Shown: positions 24,506-37,112 of the stretch, piece by piece
How positions within the stretch are numbered: position 1 is the stretch's first letter
Layout of the letters: every line of letters starts with the position of its first letter
Origin: Hormiphora californensis
Taxonomy: Eukaryota > Animalia > Ctenophora
Length of the DNA: 64,000 nucleotides
Reading direction: 5' to 3'
Assembly: GCA_020137815.1 (NCBI GenBank)
Contig: CM035355.1
Span: forward strand, 6,076,001 to 6,140,000
Translations under genes and position numbers: made by a program
The notes under the pieces: generated by a model
Seen by the model: the letters and a program-made list of their open reading frames with translations, nothing else
What the model was told of the DNA's origin: nothing
The model's database searches: none

Positions 24506-24553
24506 TACTTAAGCACCCTAACATGATGATTTTATTATTTTCTAGGGGTCAGT

Positions 24554-25741
24554 ATGCAGACTATTCTCCGTCGTTTCCACTCGACGACACCTTCAAAGAA
24601 GGTTGGAGTTCTCATGCTTAACCTCGGAGGACCGGAAAACTCTGCCGCTGTCCATCCATTTCTCCTACGACTTTTCTCAGATCGTGATCTGATCCCACTA
24701 CCGTTTCTACAGGGCGGTAAAACAAACCTTCTCCCAAAATTTATTGCTAAACGGAGAACACCTAAAATTATCGAACAATACAACAAAATCGGCGGCGGTT
24801 CGCCTATCAAAATGTGGTCAGAAAAACAAGGTCAGTTGATGGTTGAACGAGTAAGAGAACTGTGTCCTGGAGTTGATATTTCAAACTACATCGGGTTTAG
24901 CTACGCCGAACCTCTAAACGAGGATGCTCTGGATAAAATGGAAGAGGATGAGATAGATCACTGTGTTGCTTTTACTCAGTACCCCCAGTACAGCTGTTCA
25001 ACTACAGGGGCTAGTTTTAATGGCCTTTACAGACACATTGTCAAACGACAAAAGGAGGGACGCCCGTTTAACATGACTTTTTCAGCTATTGACCGGTGGG
25101 CGACAGAACCTCTTTTGGCGAAAGCATTTGCTGATTTGATTAGGCAACAGTTAGCTAAAGTTGATCCGAAACTTCGTAACAAGTTTGTGTTACTGTTCTC
25201 GGCTCATTCCCTTCCCATGTCCGTGGTAAATCGGGGAGATCCCTATCCCCAGGAAGTCGCTGCGACCGTCCAAAAGGTCATGGAGGAGTTAGGGTTTTCT
25301 AACCCCTGGCGACTGGTCTGGCAGAGCAAGGTTGGTCCCTCAGCATGGCTGGGCGCCCAAACTGATGACGCGATAAAGGGACTTGTGAAGAATGGAAACA
25401 AAAACATAATGTTGGTCCCCATTGCCTTCACTTCAGACCACATAGAGACTTTGTTTGAAATGGATATTGAGTACGTTGCGGATATGAAAAAAGAGATGCC
25501 GGAAGCGAATATCGTGCGATGTGAATCACTGAATGATCACCCTGTGTTTATTGAGTGTATCAGCCAGCTGCTAGCAGGGCACTTAACAACCGGTGGTAAA
25601 ACTATCCCCCAGATGGGGTTGCGCTGCCCCATGTGCACTAACCCAACATGCGGCCCGATGAGGGGGTTCTTCTCCTCTCGCTCCCTCCCCGCCGGTGTCC
25701 TGCCCAATGAGTGCAGTGAGATGAAACAGAGTTCTGGTTAG
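24554..25741 (+). CDS. FECH: Ferrochelatase (mitochondrial, [2Fe-2S]-type), intronless, 395 aa
   Basis: Motifs LMLNLGGPE, YNKIGGGSPI, FTQYPQYSCSTTG, LFSAHSLP, GDPYPQEV, WQSKVGP and FTSDHIETLFEMD. C-terminal CPMCTNPTC cluster ligands. Confidence 0.97.
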   Translation: MQTILRRFHSTTPSKKVGVLMLNLGGPENSAAVHPFLLRLFSDRDLIPLPFLQGGKTNLLPKFIAKRRTPKIIEQYNKIGGGSPIKMWSEKQGQLMVERVRELCPGVDISNYIGFSYAEPLNEDALDKMEEDEIDHCVAFTQYPQYSCSTTGASFNGLYRHIVKRQKEGRPFNMTFSAIDRWATEPLLAKAFADLIRQQLAKVDPKLRNKFVLLFSAHSLPMSVVNRGDPYPQEVAATVQKVMEELGFSNPWRLVWQSKVGPSAWLGAQTDDAIKGLVKNGNKNIMLVPIAFTSDHIETLFEMDIEYVADMKKEMPEANIVRCESLNDHPVFIECISQLLAGHLTTGGKTIPQMGLRCPMCTNPTCGPMRGFFSSRSLPAGVLPNECSEMKQSSG

Positions 25742-25882
25742 AAGAGTTGTGTAATAGTTTTATATTTTATTCCTTTTTGAGATATCTTTCTTTCGTGACC
25801 CGAATTTAGTGATCGTGTGTCGTTAATGGTCTAGTTTAGGACTCAGAAATTCAACCATCTAAATCTCATCTTACAGGGAACT

Positions 25883-28720
25883 ATGATATTTAATCTGTAT
25901 ATTTTCAACTCATCGGGTGACTGCCTGTTTTACAGCGAGTGGAAAAGGAAAAAACACACTGATATGAGCAAAGATGAGGTAAAGGTTACGTTTTCAAGTT
26001 TTGAGTCGTCCATTATAGGAGAGGTGTCAGATGGTATTACATACACAGTTGAAAAAAAATGCTGATACAAAACAACTATTTTCAGGAAAATAAGTTAGTT
26101 TATGGGATGCTACATTCACTGAAATCATTTGTCTCCAGAATAAGCCCTGACACGTAAGTTTTAAATACTTTTCAGTTCTGAAAATAATTTTCTTGATTTA
26201 ACCAATCCTGAATCCTCTCTGAAAACAAGATACACAATAGTATTAATAATCACTTCTCCCCGTCCTAGGTCGGATAGTTTTCAGAGTTACCAAACCAACA
26301 GTTACCGGTTGACAGTTTATGAAACTCCCTCGGGGGTAAAGTTTGTAATGAATGCTGCTCTGGAATTACCACTTCAAGCCACCAAGGACATCCTACAGAG
26401 TCTTTACAAAGAGGTAGATCTCATACTATTCCTTTACTGTAGTTGGTTGCACACATGTAAAACACATGTTGACTGGTGTAAGCGTTATGTAGTAAAACTC
26501 ATCAAAGTAAAATATGTGTGGGGAGAACAGCTGTTCAAAATGCAGATCACGTCACACGGTGTGACTCACACCTTGGTGGTAAAAGAACATATCTTCCATC
26601 CTCGGCAGTATAATAGATGTTGGGGTTTGTTGTACCCTACAGCTAACATTATATTCATTGTGTAATTGGGTATCCTAGGTGTTAGATATATATCTGAGTT
26701 AGGCATGTTTTGCACAGTTAGACAGAAAAAGAAAGGGTATTATGAAGACAAGACAGCATACAGCAACAAAGACAGTGCTACCAACAAACACAAACCACGA
26801 CAGTGTCAGGGTCTGACAGTCATGGTTGACAGTGTCAGGGTCTGACAGTCATGCACATGGGTCAAGGTTGACAGTGTCAGGGTCTGACATAAGATTGGAA
26901 GGTCTAACAAGTGTCAAGCATTATAATGCTACCCAGTTACCTATCCCTGTCCACAGTTGGGGTGTAAGAATTGCCCCCTCCAGATACTGAAAAGGGTCGT
27001 CATTGTTGTATCGATAGTCCATGTAAGCCTGGGTAGCAAATCTGAGATCCTCTTTGTTGGTTTTCATCGTTTGGTCGAGGGAGATATGGACCCCATTTAT
27101 CGATACCTGTTGAATTATTTGTGGCTTAAAGCTCTCGGTTTGTCGTGAAGATTTACATGTCGAGAACCGACAGGAAGACATGACAGCAGCTTTGAAAATC
27201 ATGGGGGTGGATGCGGGTGTGTTATAACTATTTCAACGGGTGACAATTCCCGGATTCGCTATAAAACTATCGTGCATAATATGGAAAATGGTTTACTTGA
27301 AATGTTTCCTCTTCAATTGAGATCAAAACGGTGTTGTTGCCAATTTGAAAAGTTGGTAGGGTAGTCTTCCACGGACCCAGCCAGTCCCTCACCCCATTGC
27401 TGGTCCAGAATTTCTGGAGAAAAGGAGTTAGGTCAAGTTTTGAGTAAGAGAAAAACATGTTGTTTTTAGGTTTTACAAATGGAGCTTAGCGCCATAGTTA
27501 CCCATACCCGGGCGGTATGTGGTTTGCTCAGCGTGTGGCTAAGTAACCTACAAAAAAATGATTTCAGATCGTAAAAATCCCCCTCCCCAATTTCCACGTG
27601 CCTTATTAAATCTCATCTGATTAGTAATCGTTTCCTCCTTGTAATTGTTTGCCAGCCTCCAGTGCAGAATTGACCACGTAGAAGGGTTATCTGCCCTCAG
27701 CCTAAACCATCTGTCTCCACTGTCCGTGCCATTCCAGTGCATTATCAACCAAACCTTAGTACCAATCCCAATAGTAGAGTTCAGGGGGTAGGTTGTTGAA
27801 GATGCGTCTCTATCCGCTCCACCGAACCTTTCCCAGGAGTATTGGAGACGGTTATCAGTGAATATCCGGATCTCTGCAAAGTTGAGAATTGTCCCCCTTA
27901 GAGACACCTTGATAGTATCTCCCACGGTTGTGGAGTTACAGAATAAGGCATAGGTTTGGTTCCCCTCTTCGGCGTAATTTGTAAACAGGTGGTCGATACT
28001 GCCACACACTTCTACCTGTAAAGTAGGAGTTGGGTCACACGATCTTGCCTAATATGGTAATAGGTGAAATTCCATATTTGGGCATCTTGTGACCACCATA
28101 TTTGGGTATTTCATGTACCTGCTGTTCCCCATTCCATAGTGTAACCTCAGCGCCTTCTATCAACTTGATACACTCTTTAGTCGTAGAACACAGGCTCTCC
28201 GGGGAGTACGTCAGTCTGTTCACTATAACTACCTGGGAGGGAAATGAAAGTACATATTTGAATCCTCAGTTAGATCATGTTGCGACCCTCTCCCACCCTC
28301 TCTCACCACGCCTCACATAATAATGTTTACCTTTGAGACATCCTCCTGGTCCCCCAAACTAAATGAAGCCCAGTGGTCCAGTTTCCCAGTGGACAGTGTC
28401 GTAGCAAATGCAGTTTGGACATCGTCATCAATGGCAAGGGAGGCATTACCAGACGAAGATTCAGTAGATGTAACAGTGAGTCTTTTGTAACCTGTAAGAA
28501 TCAGTAGATGTAACAGTTAACCTCTTGTAACCTGTAAGAATCAGTAGATGTAACAGTTAACCTCTTGTAACCTGTAAGAATCAGTAGATGTGACATTGTA
28601 ATATTTAGTCAGGCTCGTTCTTCGTTGTAATGACGACAATAATTGACATCCCAATATCGCATGTTTACATTTCCTCTTTGAAATGGATTGGTTTTGATCT
28701 CATGTTACTTCTTCTTTCAG

Positions 28721-28807
<87 letters not shown>

Positions 28808-30755
28808 GATGTTCATGTAGTGACAATTTTTCCTCCCCTCCACTGTCCACACAGTTTCCCCCATATCTGAGTCCCAGTACCATTTATCAGTATCATAGTA
28901 GAACCAAAATTCACGTTTTAGCGAACCGCTAACCACATATCCCGTACTGAAAACAATAATTAATGGCTTTTAATTCTCTTAATTAATTATCGGAAGGGTT
29001 TATTAATTAGTTGGTTGTCAATTGTCATGGTTACTGGCTTACCGTGGATACAGGTTGCGATGGATAACTCCATAGCTAACCACATTTGGCTCGGTTAACG
29101 TTACATAATAGTCATCTGTTATGATAACAGTTCCCTCTTTGAAGGTTAACGTATCACATACTTTCACTGAAAAAAAACAAAATCAAACTTACCCTTAGGC
29201 CGCGGATTAGGCCATGTTAGTGCAGTATTCAGCTTTAGACTGTTATGTGCTAATTACAGCTACATACTACATAATAATATTATGTAAATTATGAATATAT
29301 TTAGATTTACAGCCAACGAAAAAAGAGGTTAGGGATCGTAATATTGAGATGTTATTCATTAATAAATTCATATATGGGCTTTGAGCAACCTTATTGTTTT
29401 ACATACCAACCTCCATCATCTTACCTGCGGTTATGGGGGTGTGTAGAAGAAGGCATGATAATAATCCCAACAGGCGCATCTAAACCCCGCTAGATCTTTT
29501 TGGAGGGAGTGGTTGGCAGTTTTTGGGGACAAGCTCAAAAATACGGACACGACAGAGTACATACTTGAGGGGGGGGGGTAAAATGAAGCAAAAATACAGA
29601 CACGACAGAGTAAATGAGGGGGTAAAGTGAAGCGAAAGGTATCACCTATCATTAGGGCCGGAGAGAGAAAAAGATCTCAGAAGGAGGAAGGGTAATCTTA
29701 TTGAAATGTCAGGGGGGACAGGGAATGATATTATCGCTATAACATACGTTACTACATGCATGCCCCCACTCCAAACACTGTGACTAAAGGTGACCCAATA
29801 TATATAGGGGATGGTTGCATTGCTCGACCCTGTTTCACCGTGCCCCACACAATGTAAAGGAGTGTTAGAACATAACAAGGGGATGGGATGGGCGAATGAA
29901 CAAGCAGTTATAGTGTGTGGGAAATGTTAAAGATGACCTCGTAAGAAAATCACCCGAAAGGTGCCATGATCATTGAAATGAACAACACATTATCCGATAC
30001 CGTGCAGCTGTTATAACATACACAACAAGAAAATACTGCACTATACTACGACGGATCTAGTTAGTCGCCCTGTCTCCTGTTATAGCATACATGTAACGTG
30101 TATTGTTGTTTTAGGGGCTTCTCACACATCTACCAAAATGTTAGGTGTAAGTTACACAAGTGTATTATAGTGCATGTGACTGCAGTAGTGATACGGTCGG
30201 ACCCCGATTAACTGGCCTAATATTTAATATGCCTAGTACCCCGATTTACCGGGCAAAACTCTTTCCCCTGAGCATCCCAGTAAACATCCTGGTAAATCGG
30301 GGTTCGACTGGCGACTGTAAGACCATAAAACAGCCATAATTATCCCTCATCCAACGCACGCAGTGATGCTCCATAATAGCACAAAGAATCTATCGCGATT
30401 TCGAAATTCTTGCACACGATATTTATCACCCCATAATGGATATAAACAGCTTTTTATACCTAATATAACTTTATCACCTTGTATGTATGACTGTTTCCAC
30501 CACTATTTTTGGTCTACAAGTTGTTAATTAATTGCTCCACGTCTTGTTAACTGGTTAATAAGTTGCTCTGTTTAATTGGTCAATTAGTTGCACCGTTTAA
30601 TTGGTTAATTAGTTGCTTTGTTAATTGGTTCCATGTCTCTTCAGGTTTACGTTGAGTACGCGGTTAAGAACCCTATGTTATCTCTACAGTCACCAATTGA
30701 CAGCGACCTGTTCAAGGACAAACTGGAGGCGTTCATCAACTCCAAAATTAATTAA
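25883..30755 (+). CDS. TRAPPC1: TRAPP complex subunit 1 (BET5); exons 25883-25978, 26086-26153, 26269-26413, 30645-30755; ~139 aa
   Basis: MIFNLYIFNSSGDCLFYSEW..., ENKLVYGMLHSLKSFVSRISP, YQTNSYRLTVYETPSGVKFVMN and VYVEYAVKNP...IDSDLFKDKLEAFI. All introns are GT-AG and in phase. Confidence 0.93.
26699..29479 (-). CDS. Nested antisense gene: signal peptide + F5/8C/F-type-lectin-like domain + galectin-like domain + C-terminal hydrophobic anchor. Exons 29479-29425, 29166-29043, 28946-28807, 28491-28331, 28232-28119, 28015-27602, 27413-27297, 27106-26941, 26841-26699; ~477 aa
   Basis: Nine exons join in phase, one via a GC donor. Signal MRLLGLLSCLLLHTPITA; NASLAIDDD..HW..VSKVVIVNR..C..C..LNFAEIRIF (F-type/discoidin pattern); LHW..ISIEEETFQVSINGVH (galectin-like); TM-like SWFVFVGSTVFVAVCCLVFIIPFLFL. 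Unspliced exon 8 would stop at 26921. Confidence 0.7.
28461..28592 (-). repeat. 40-bp tandem repeat (~3.3 copies) spanning the acceptor of lectin exon 4
   Basis: TCAGTAGATGT starts at 28461, 28501, 28541 and 28581, with three TTCTTACAG|GTTAC acceptors. Confidence 0.9.
28723..28804. repeat. (CT)n microsatellite; similar (CT)/(GA) tracts at ~30900, 33887, 43530, 46336, 50668, 54932, 56280, 56541, 58513, 59397 and 61277
   Basis: Perfect dinucleotide runs. Confidence 0.95.
30194..30310. mobile_element. Degenerate short MITE of the CAGTCGGACCCCGATT family
   Basis: CGGTCGGACCCCGATT...AAATCGGGGTTCGACTG. Confidence 0.65.
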
Positions 30756-30898
30756 TTGATTAATTAATTGATTCCATAATTAGGGGATTGTAAATGGTAA
30801 TGATGATCCGCCAGTAGTGGTTGAGAAATGAACTGGTGTTATATACCTGCTCTCGCGGGCCGAGAAACAGATACTTTAGATAAAGTGGTGCGAGAAAT

Positions 30899-31000
<102 letters not shown>

Positions 31001-31019
31001 TATGGATCTCTAGAGAGAG

Positions 31020-32830
31020 CTATCTCTCTCATCTCATAGATCTGAGATTAGCTCTCGAGATATCTCTAGGATATCTATCTCTCTCTCCTCTTTCTCTCTC
31101 TTCTCTCCTCTCTACTCTCTCTCTCTCCTCTTCTCTCCTCTCTCTATCTCTCTCTCTCTTCTCTCTCTCTCTCTCTCTCTCTCCCTCTCCCTACCCCCTC
31201 TCCTCTCTCTCTCCTCTCTCTCTCTCTCTCTTCTTCTCTTCCCTCCCTCTCTCTCTCTCTCCTCCTCTTCTCCTCTATCTCTTCTCATCACCTCTCCTCC
31301 CTCTTCTCTCTCTCTCATCCCTCTCCCCTCCTTCATCCCCTCGCCCCCCCTCACCCTTTTTCCCCCGCCTTTCCCCGTTTTTCTGCTCTCTCTCTTTTTG
31401 TCCGTTCCTCTGCTCTTCTCTTTCCTTTCTTAATCTCGGCAGTTCGTCCTCTCTGCACATCCATTACTCATGATGTTACGGGCGAGGGTCATGATGTCTT
31501 CGTCTAGGTGCGCATCGCGCTTCTCATTTTTATGTCTATTCTTGGGATCTGACTCATTGGTCGGGATTACTCCATCACTTTCTCTCGTTGGGTCTTTCCG
31601 TCTTTCCTCCCCCCTCTCTTTTTTCCCTTGGTGCTTCTCTTGTGGGGTCGGTCTATTTGTATGCCGCTTGCTTTCGGGTTGGTGGGCGGGGTCGCCGGCC
31701 TGGGTCGGGCTGCCCGGTTCTGGGGCCCGTGCAGAATTCAGTCCCCGGAGCGCTTCTCTAGTCGCGCGTCTCTGCAGTCTCTCTGTTTCCTCGTCTCTTC
31801 GGCTCTCTCGTCTGCCGGGATCTTGGGTAGGTGCGTGGTTCCCTCGTCGTGCGGAGCTCTTCTCGTCAGTCGCTGTCTTTCTCTGATCGCTGTGGAGTCT
31901 GGCTCGGGCGGGGCGCTTGGGGGCGCCGTCGATTAGTCACACGCGTGCTCTCTCGTTCTCCCTCGTTTCAGTGCGTGGAGGTCTGTAGCGGTCCCTTGGT
32001 CTCTTTGGGTTCTGCTGTCCTCTCGAATCCGCCTGGCGGGGTCCCCTCGTACCATCGTTCTATGATGCCGGGGTGGTGGGCTTGGCTCTTCCTCCTTCCT
32101 TATCTTCATCATCTCTACCTTCGTTCTCTGCCTTAACGGCCTTCTCGGCGCTCCTCGGCTCTCCAGTGCCGTTTCCGTCAAGGCGTCCTCTTCCCTCGCT
32201 CTACTTTCTTCGGCGATTCATGGCTCACTCTCTCTCCACGCCATTCCTCTCATTCTCTTCGGATGCGTTCTCTCTCCCTCGTGGCGTCGTCACTCTTTCC
32301 TCTCTTGTCGGCTCTCATTTCACTCTCTCTAGAGGCCCCTCACTTCGTCGCTTCTCCTCTTCTCTCCTACTCCTCTCTCATCTCGCTCTCGGCCTTCCGG
32401 TACCGGTGGGCCGTAATCTTCATCTCGGCTCGTGCTCTCTGCTCCCTCGTCTCCTTGGTCGTCTCCCTCAATTCGTTCCGTCCTGCGTCGTCCGTCCCGT
32501 TGTGGGTCAGCTGGCTCTCGAGGGTCTCCTCGGTCTGTCGTCCTTCGTGAACCAATCTGTCTCTCGGTTTATCTTCTCCTCTCTCCTCAATCCACTCTCT
32601 CATCTCGTTCCGTGAATCTCCGGCTCTCTGCGTCCTTCTCAAGTACGGTCCTCCTGCCTCTCGTCTCCTTGGATTGCCCCCTCGTCTCATCGCTGATCTG
32701 TGCTCCCTTTCCTCTCTCTCCCCTCTCTCTCAGCTCTCCTGTCGTCGTCTCACTCATCAGGACTAGCTCCGCCGTTTTTCCTGCTCGTCACGTGTTGCTC
32801 ATCTCTCTCTCTCATCCTAACACACGTGTT
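31020..32830. other. Scrambled CT-rich sequence after a (GA)n tract; probable read or assembly artefact, or a decayed microsatellite
   Basis: Composition shifts abruptly (A-poor, CT/CG-rich), there are no recognisable motifs, and the ORFs are low-complexity. Confidence 0.55.
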
Positions 32831-33142
32831 TCTTTAGTTAGACACTCCCTCCACACTTAACTTTACCGTGTTCACTCAGTTCGCATTAATTCTCAAATTT
32901 CATTCTGCTGATTTTCTTACTTTAGTGAAGAGAGGGTTCCCCTTGCTAAAGCATATTGTTTGTGTCTGTGTTTGTATTTTGAAGTAATTTTATTTCATTT
33001 TAACATCAGTGTCTCCATGGTTAGTTGTATCCCACTCAGAAAGGTCTCCCCACGGAGATCACTAAATCTTTCCATTCTTCCAACTATATCTCACGTTGTG
33101 ATCTGTCCCACTAGCTTGAATTGGCAACTCAACCACCAGCCG

Positions 33143-33884
33143 ATGCAGAAAGAGGAGGAGTTAATACCAAGTACCAATAGCTCAGTTAGAATCTTAACAC
33201 GGAAGCAAGATGACCTCTCTCTACAGTACACCCTGGAACTTCCCAACAGGTAGGGAGAACTTTCCCTCTTTTTTCTTGTTTTCAAACTTTGTCATCCTTT
33301 AGTTTACGAAATCAAAAACGGGAATGGGCTCCATTTAATCAGATCAATTAACTTAATCAGTTTCCCCTCTTCTACCTTTGAGCTAAAGACGTAAAACAAA
33401 GTATCCTCGAAAACTTCAATTGATTTTTCTATCGTGTTAATTCATTCTACCTCCCTCAGGAAGAGGAACGTTATCAATAGTCGAATGATTATGGTGGTAG
33501 TGGCAGTGTTTAGCTTATTTTACTATCAACGCATGGCCATCTTCGTTATACCAGGTACACATTGTTCCATTCCTGTTTCATTCCTGTTTCATTCCTGGGC
33601 CGCGGAGAATTAAACAGGGTTTACTGCTTTGTTTCTTGCTTTTCCGTGTTCAAGACCCGTGGCGGGAGACAGAGTCTGGTTAATCAGAAAAACAGGTTTT
33701 TTTGTAAATGGCGACATTACTAAACTATTTTGACGAACATTACATAATTTAATGTGCAATGTGCATTGTGCGTCAAGTCTTATCTTTTCTGCATAAAACA
33801 TGTATCACTTAATCGCTAAATCCTCTACGAATCTCTTTGTCCATTTTCTTTTGTTCATTTCTTGTAATTTCGTTCCCCAACGCT

Positions 33885-33959
<75 letters not shown>

Positions 33960-36900
33960 CTCTGTCTTTGATTGATTTTGGTCGTTATTGTTCTTTAAAA
34001 CTATGAGGCTATGGTTTTTTACTAAATAATACCTTTCATAAAATTAAATAAAGTTGTTTTAACCATCTACAACTCTACACCCTTTTTTATCTTGCTGAAT
34101 TCACAACCTGTACAACATCGCTATAAAAGGGCCCGCTTGCAATAATAAGAAGCAATAAAACTGAGAAAACAGAATACAGCCAAACTTCGATTTACCGGAA
34201 TCGGATCAAAACGGATAAATTACATTAACATTAGCATTTTATGAGAAACATAATCTCAATCTACCGTGTACCTCGATTTTACGTTGCCAAGTTAGACTGT
34301 TATTCGCACGCGAGTTTGAACAAAACAAACTTTACGTACAAATACTCTTGGCAAAGAGTCCGGTAAATCGAGATTTGACTTTACTACCCTGGCTTTAACT
34401 TTCAGAATAACATCCTTGCTTTGATGCCGAAGCCAGTAGTAGTTTCAAGCCGTCGAATCAACAAATTGGATTACAAATTATATCGACAGGAAAACAGAGC
34501 GGGCCCCTGTATTATGAATATTGAATATTGGGCAATTCGGAGAATGCTCATTAGTTGAAATAGAACACAACACATTATTTAATGACAGAAAAAGAGGAGG
34601 GAGGGCTAAAGAGAGAGCTAGAGGGAGAAAATCATTAGCCGTCATCTGTCATATACAGTGCAGCTATAATCTATATGCATCAAGCCGGGAACCTGCAATA
34701 ATATATTTACTATCTGTGATTCTACCATCACCTCTATTCGCGTTAACACCTGGTATTCTACGTCACTGGAGCACATGCACGTAGTGAGACTCCCCAACAG
34801 GCATTAACATACCAATTGCCTAACAAATCCCACTAGATGATATTTCTGCATGTATGCATAATGCATCTACAGTCGGACCCCGATTTAGTGGCCCCCGATT
34901 TAGTGGCACCCCGATTTAGTGGCAGGATTTTTTTCCCCCAAAAATTTTTTGAATTTTTTTTGTGAAATTTTTCAAAGGAAAACCAGCCACGTCCGAATCG
35001 TGTTTCGAATCGGTGCATCTTATCGCATGTCCTGCTGCTAATTAGACGGTTCGGAACGAACCGAAACGTGATCCCCATCGAATCGAAATTTTGACGCTTG
35101 GTAAACATGTGATTCAATGGCCCCATGGGGATCACGTATCGGTTCGTTTCGAACCCGCTAATTAGCGACAGGACATCCAGTAAGCTGCACCGATTCGAAA
35201 CACAAATCGGACGGGCTGGTTTAACTTAGAGAATTTTTCACAATTTTTTTGAAAAATTTATTTTATAGTTTTCTTTTTCTAATCAGAAATGATCAGGTCA
35301 TCAATACATGAGTATTTCATATAACAGTTAGAGGTGTCTTTAGTCTTAGTGTAGCATTTCGGGCATAAAATTGGTTTTTATGGGCCAAATATGGCTCATC
35401 CCGATTTAGTGGCACCCCGATTTAGTGGCAGGATTTTTTTCCCCCGAGGATGCCACTAAATCGGGGTCCGACTGTAATTCTCCCCAGGAAGGTTATCTAA
35501 TTCTCTCCCATTTTGTTATCTAATTCTCCCCTATTTCAGTTGCAGTTTTGTTCATGTTGTATACTGAGCTGACTAAAATCTGCAAAGAAACAGTAACAGT
35601 AATCAAGGACACTTGCATCACCTACAGTTCATCTAATCTATTTGGTAAGTTAGAGTTCATCTAATCTATTCGGTAAGATTCTAAGATATTCTCATTTGAA
35701 CTGCGATTCATAACCCTAATAACGCTTCCTTAAAATTTTGAAACAAACATGCACGTAAAAAAACTACAAAGTAAATTATAACTCGTTCTAATGTCACTGT
35801 TGTCTACTTCCTGTCTGAAATAATGTTCGAAACATCACAATACATTATATATCTAACCAGGCCATCCCACTAGACTATCTTTATCTCTCCCGCTCTCTCC
35901 TCCAGCTCCCTCCTCTTTCTCTCTCTCCCTTTTCTCTTCTCTAACCTCCATCCCTAGGAAAGAAGATGTTTACCTCGGTGCCCCTGAATCGGTTGCTAGG
36001 GGTTGTACTGATAGAGACTATTGTGGGATCACGGGTACACGGTGAGTAAAATAATTGTAGTTAGCTAATTAAATAATTGTCATCTCTATTTTAATTTGGA
36101 AATGTCGTGAGTATTAATTTGGAAACGTCGTGAGTATATATTTCTAATCTGTAGATGTTACTCTATCTATCCTTCTCCAGGTATTTTGAACCTGATAGTT
36201 CGAATGGGAGAGCAGAGTTCTAAGCAGATCCCCCTCTTCACCTCCCTACGACCAAATATGGATACCACAGCTAAAATCAGACACGGAATACTCAGGTATT
36301 TTATGTCAGAAAGTACAGTGGTTAGAATAATTTTCCTGGTATAATTTGGGGCTATAAAAAACACTAAGGGATTGGGAAATGACCGTCTTGCGGAATAAAT
36401 TGTAAACTTTTTAAAAAAAGTGGCAGCTCGATAGAAAGAGGTGGCGAAGGCAGATATGTAAATTACATAATGTAATACCATGTAAGGGATAGGCATCTAT
36501 GCGTGTGAAGACTAAGATGGCCGAAAAGGACAGGCTGTCCAATAATATAAAGCTTTTAGAACGGGTATGAGCCCCATAACACCTATGTAAAGGACATTGT
36601 GTGTGGAGTCCACTAGACTGCTCAGTGCTCGATGTGTGAGAAATATGTAGACAAAACAATAGAATTGTTGCATTGTTAAAACTGTGAGGTAACTGGATGA
36701 AGGCCATAAGCCGCTAGAGTGATGACTGATGATGATTATAGTACCACCCTCAGCTCCTTCATCTAAAGTACATACACTGATCTCAATGCAACTCTAACAT
36801 CTATATATTTCGAACAACCTTCTGCCCCCTGATACAATGAATAATGTTGATGACTCGAATATTTAATATTTATTGCAGTATATTAATTTCTAACAATCCC

Positions 36901-37112
36901 TCCCTCTCTCCCCCTCAGCTACACCAACGAAGTGTTTCTAACAGTCCCTCTCTCTCCCCATCAGCTACACAAACGAAGTGGTGATCAAGAATGTCCAGGA
37001 TTTTGGGGAAGGTAACATAATGGTAACACCGGGAGGTGCCATTAAAAACAGGAAACAGGCTCTCAAGGAAGTTTTCGAGGGTTTGAAGATCAAAAAGAAG
37101 AGTATTAGTTAG
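33143..37112 (+). CDS. PIGH: GPI-GlcNAc transferase subunit H (PIG-H)-like; exons 33143-33249, 33460-33554, 35540-35644, 35958-36041, 36181-36295, 36965-37112; ~217 aa
   Basis: In-phase exons. A hydrophobic hairpin is followed by KETVTVIKDTCITYSSSNLFGKKMFTSVPLNRLLGVVLIETI...IPLFTSLRP, which aligns by eye with the PIG-H pattern E-x-L-x-I...G...I-x-E...P-x-F...P. The last exon is less certain. Confidence 0.72.
34177..34381. mobile_element. Degenerate pogo-like MITE (CAG.CAAAC.TCGATTTACCG termini); related short copy at 46799-46861
   Basis: TA-CAGCCAAACTTCGATTTACCGG...CGGTAAATCGAGATTTGACT. Confidence 0.55.
34870..35474. mobile_element. MITE of the CAGTCGGACCCCGATTTA family (TA TSD) in PIG-H intron 2
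   Basis: Intact TIRs, TA flanks, and an interior homologous to 10766-11880. Confidence 0.9.

Noticed and set aside
29168-29240. Possible micro-exon with a ~26-nt intron in the lectin gene
   Set aside because: Phase does not fit the signal-peptide exon, and exon 1 joins exon 2 directly in frame
31470-32860. Overlapping S/L/R-rich ORFs up to 180 aa
   Set aside because: Low-complexity scrambled CT-rich region with no motifs or splice structure; likely artefact
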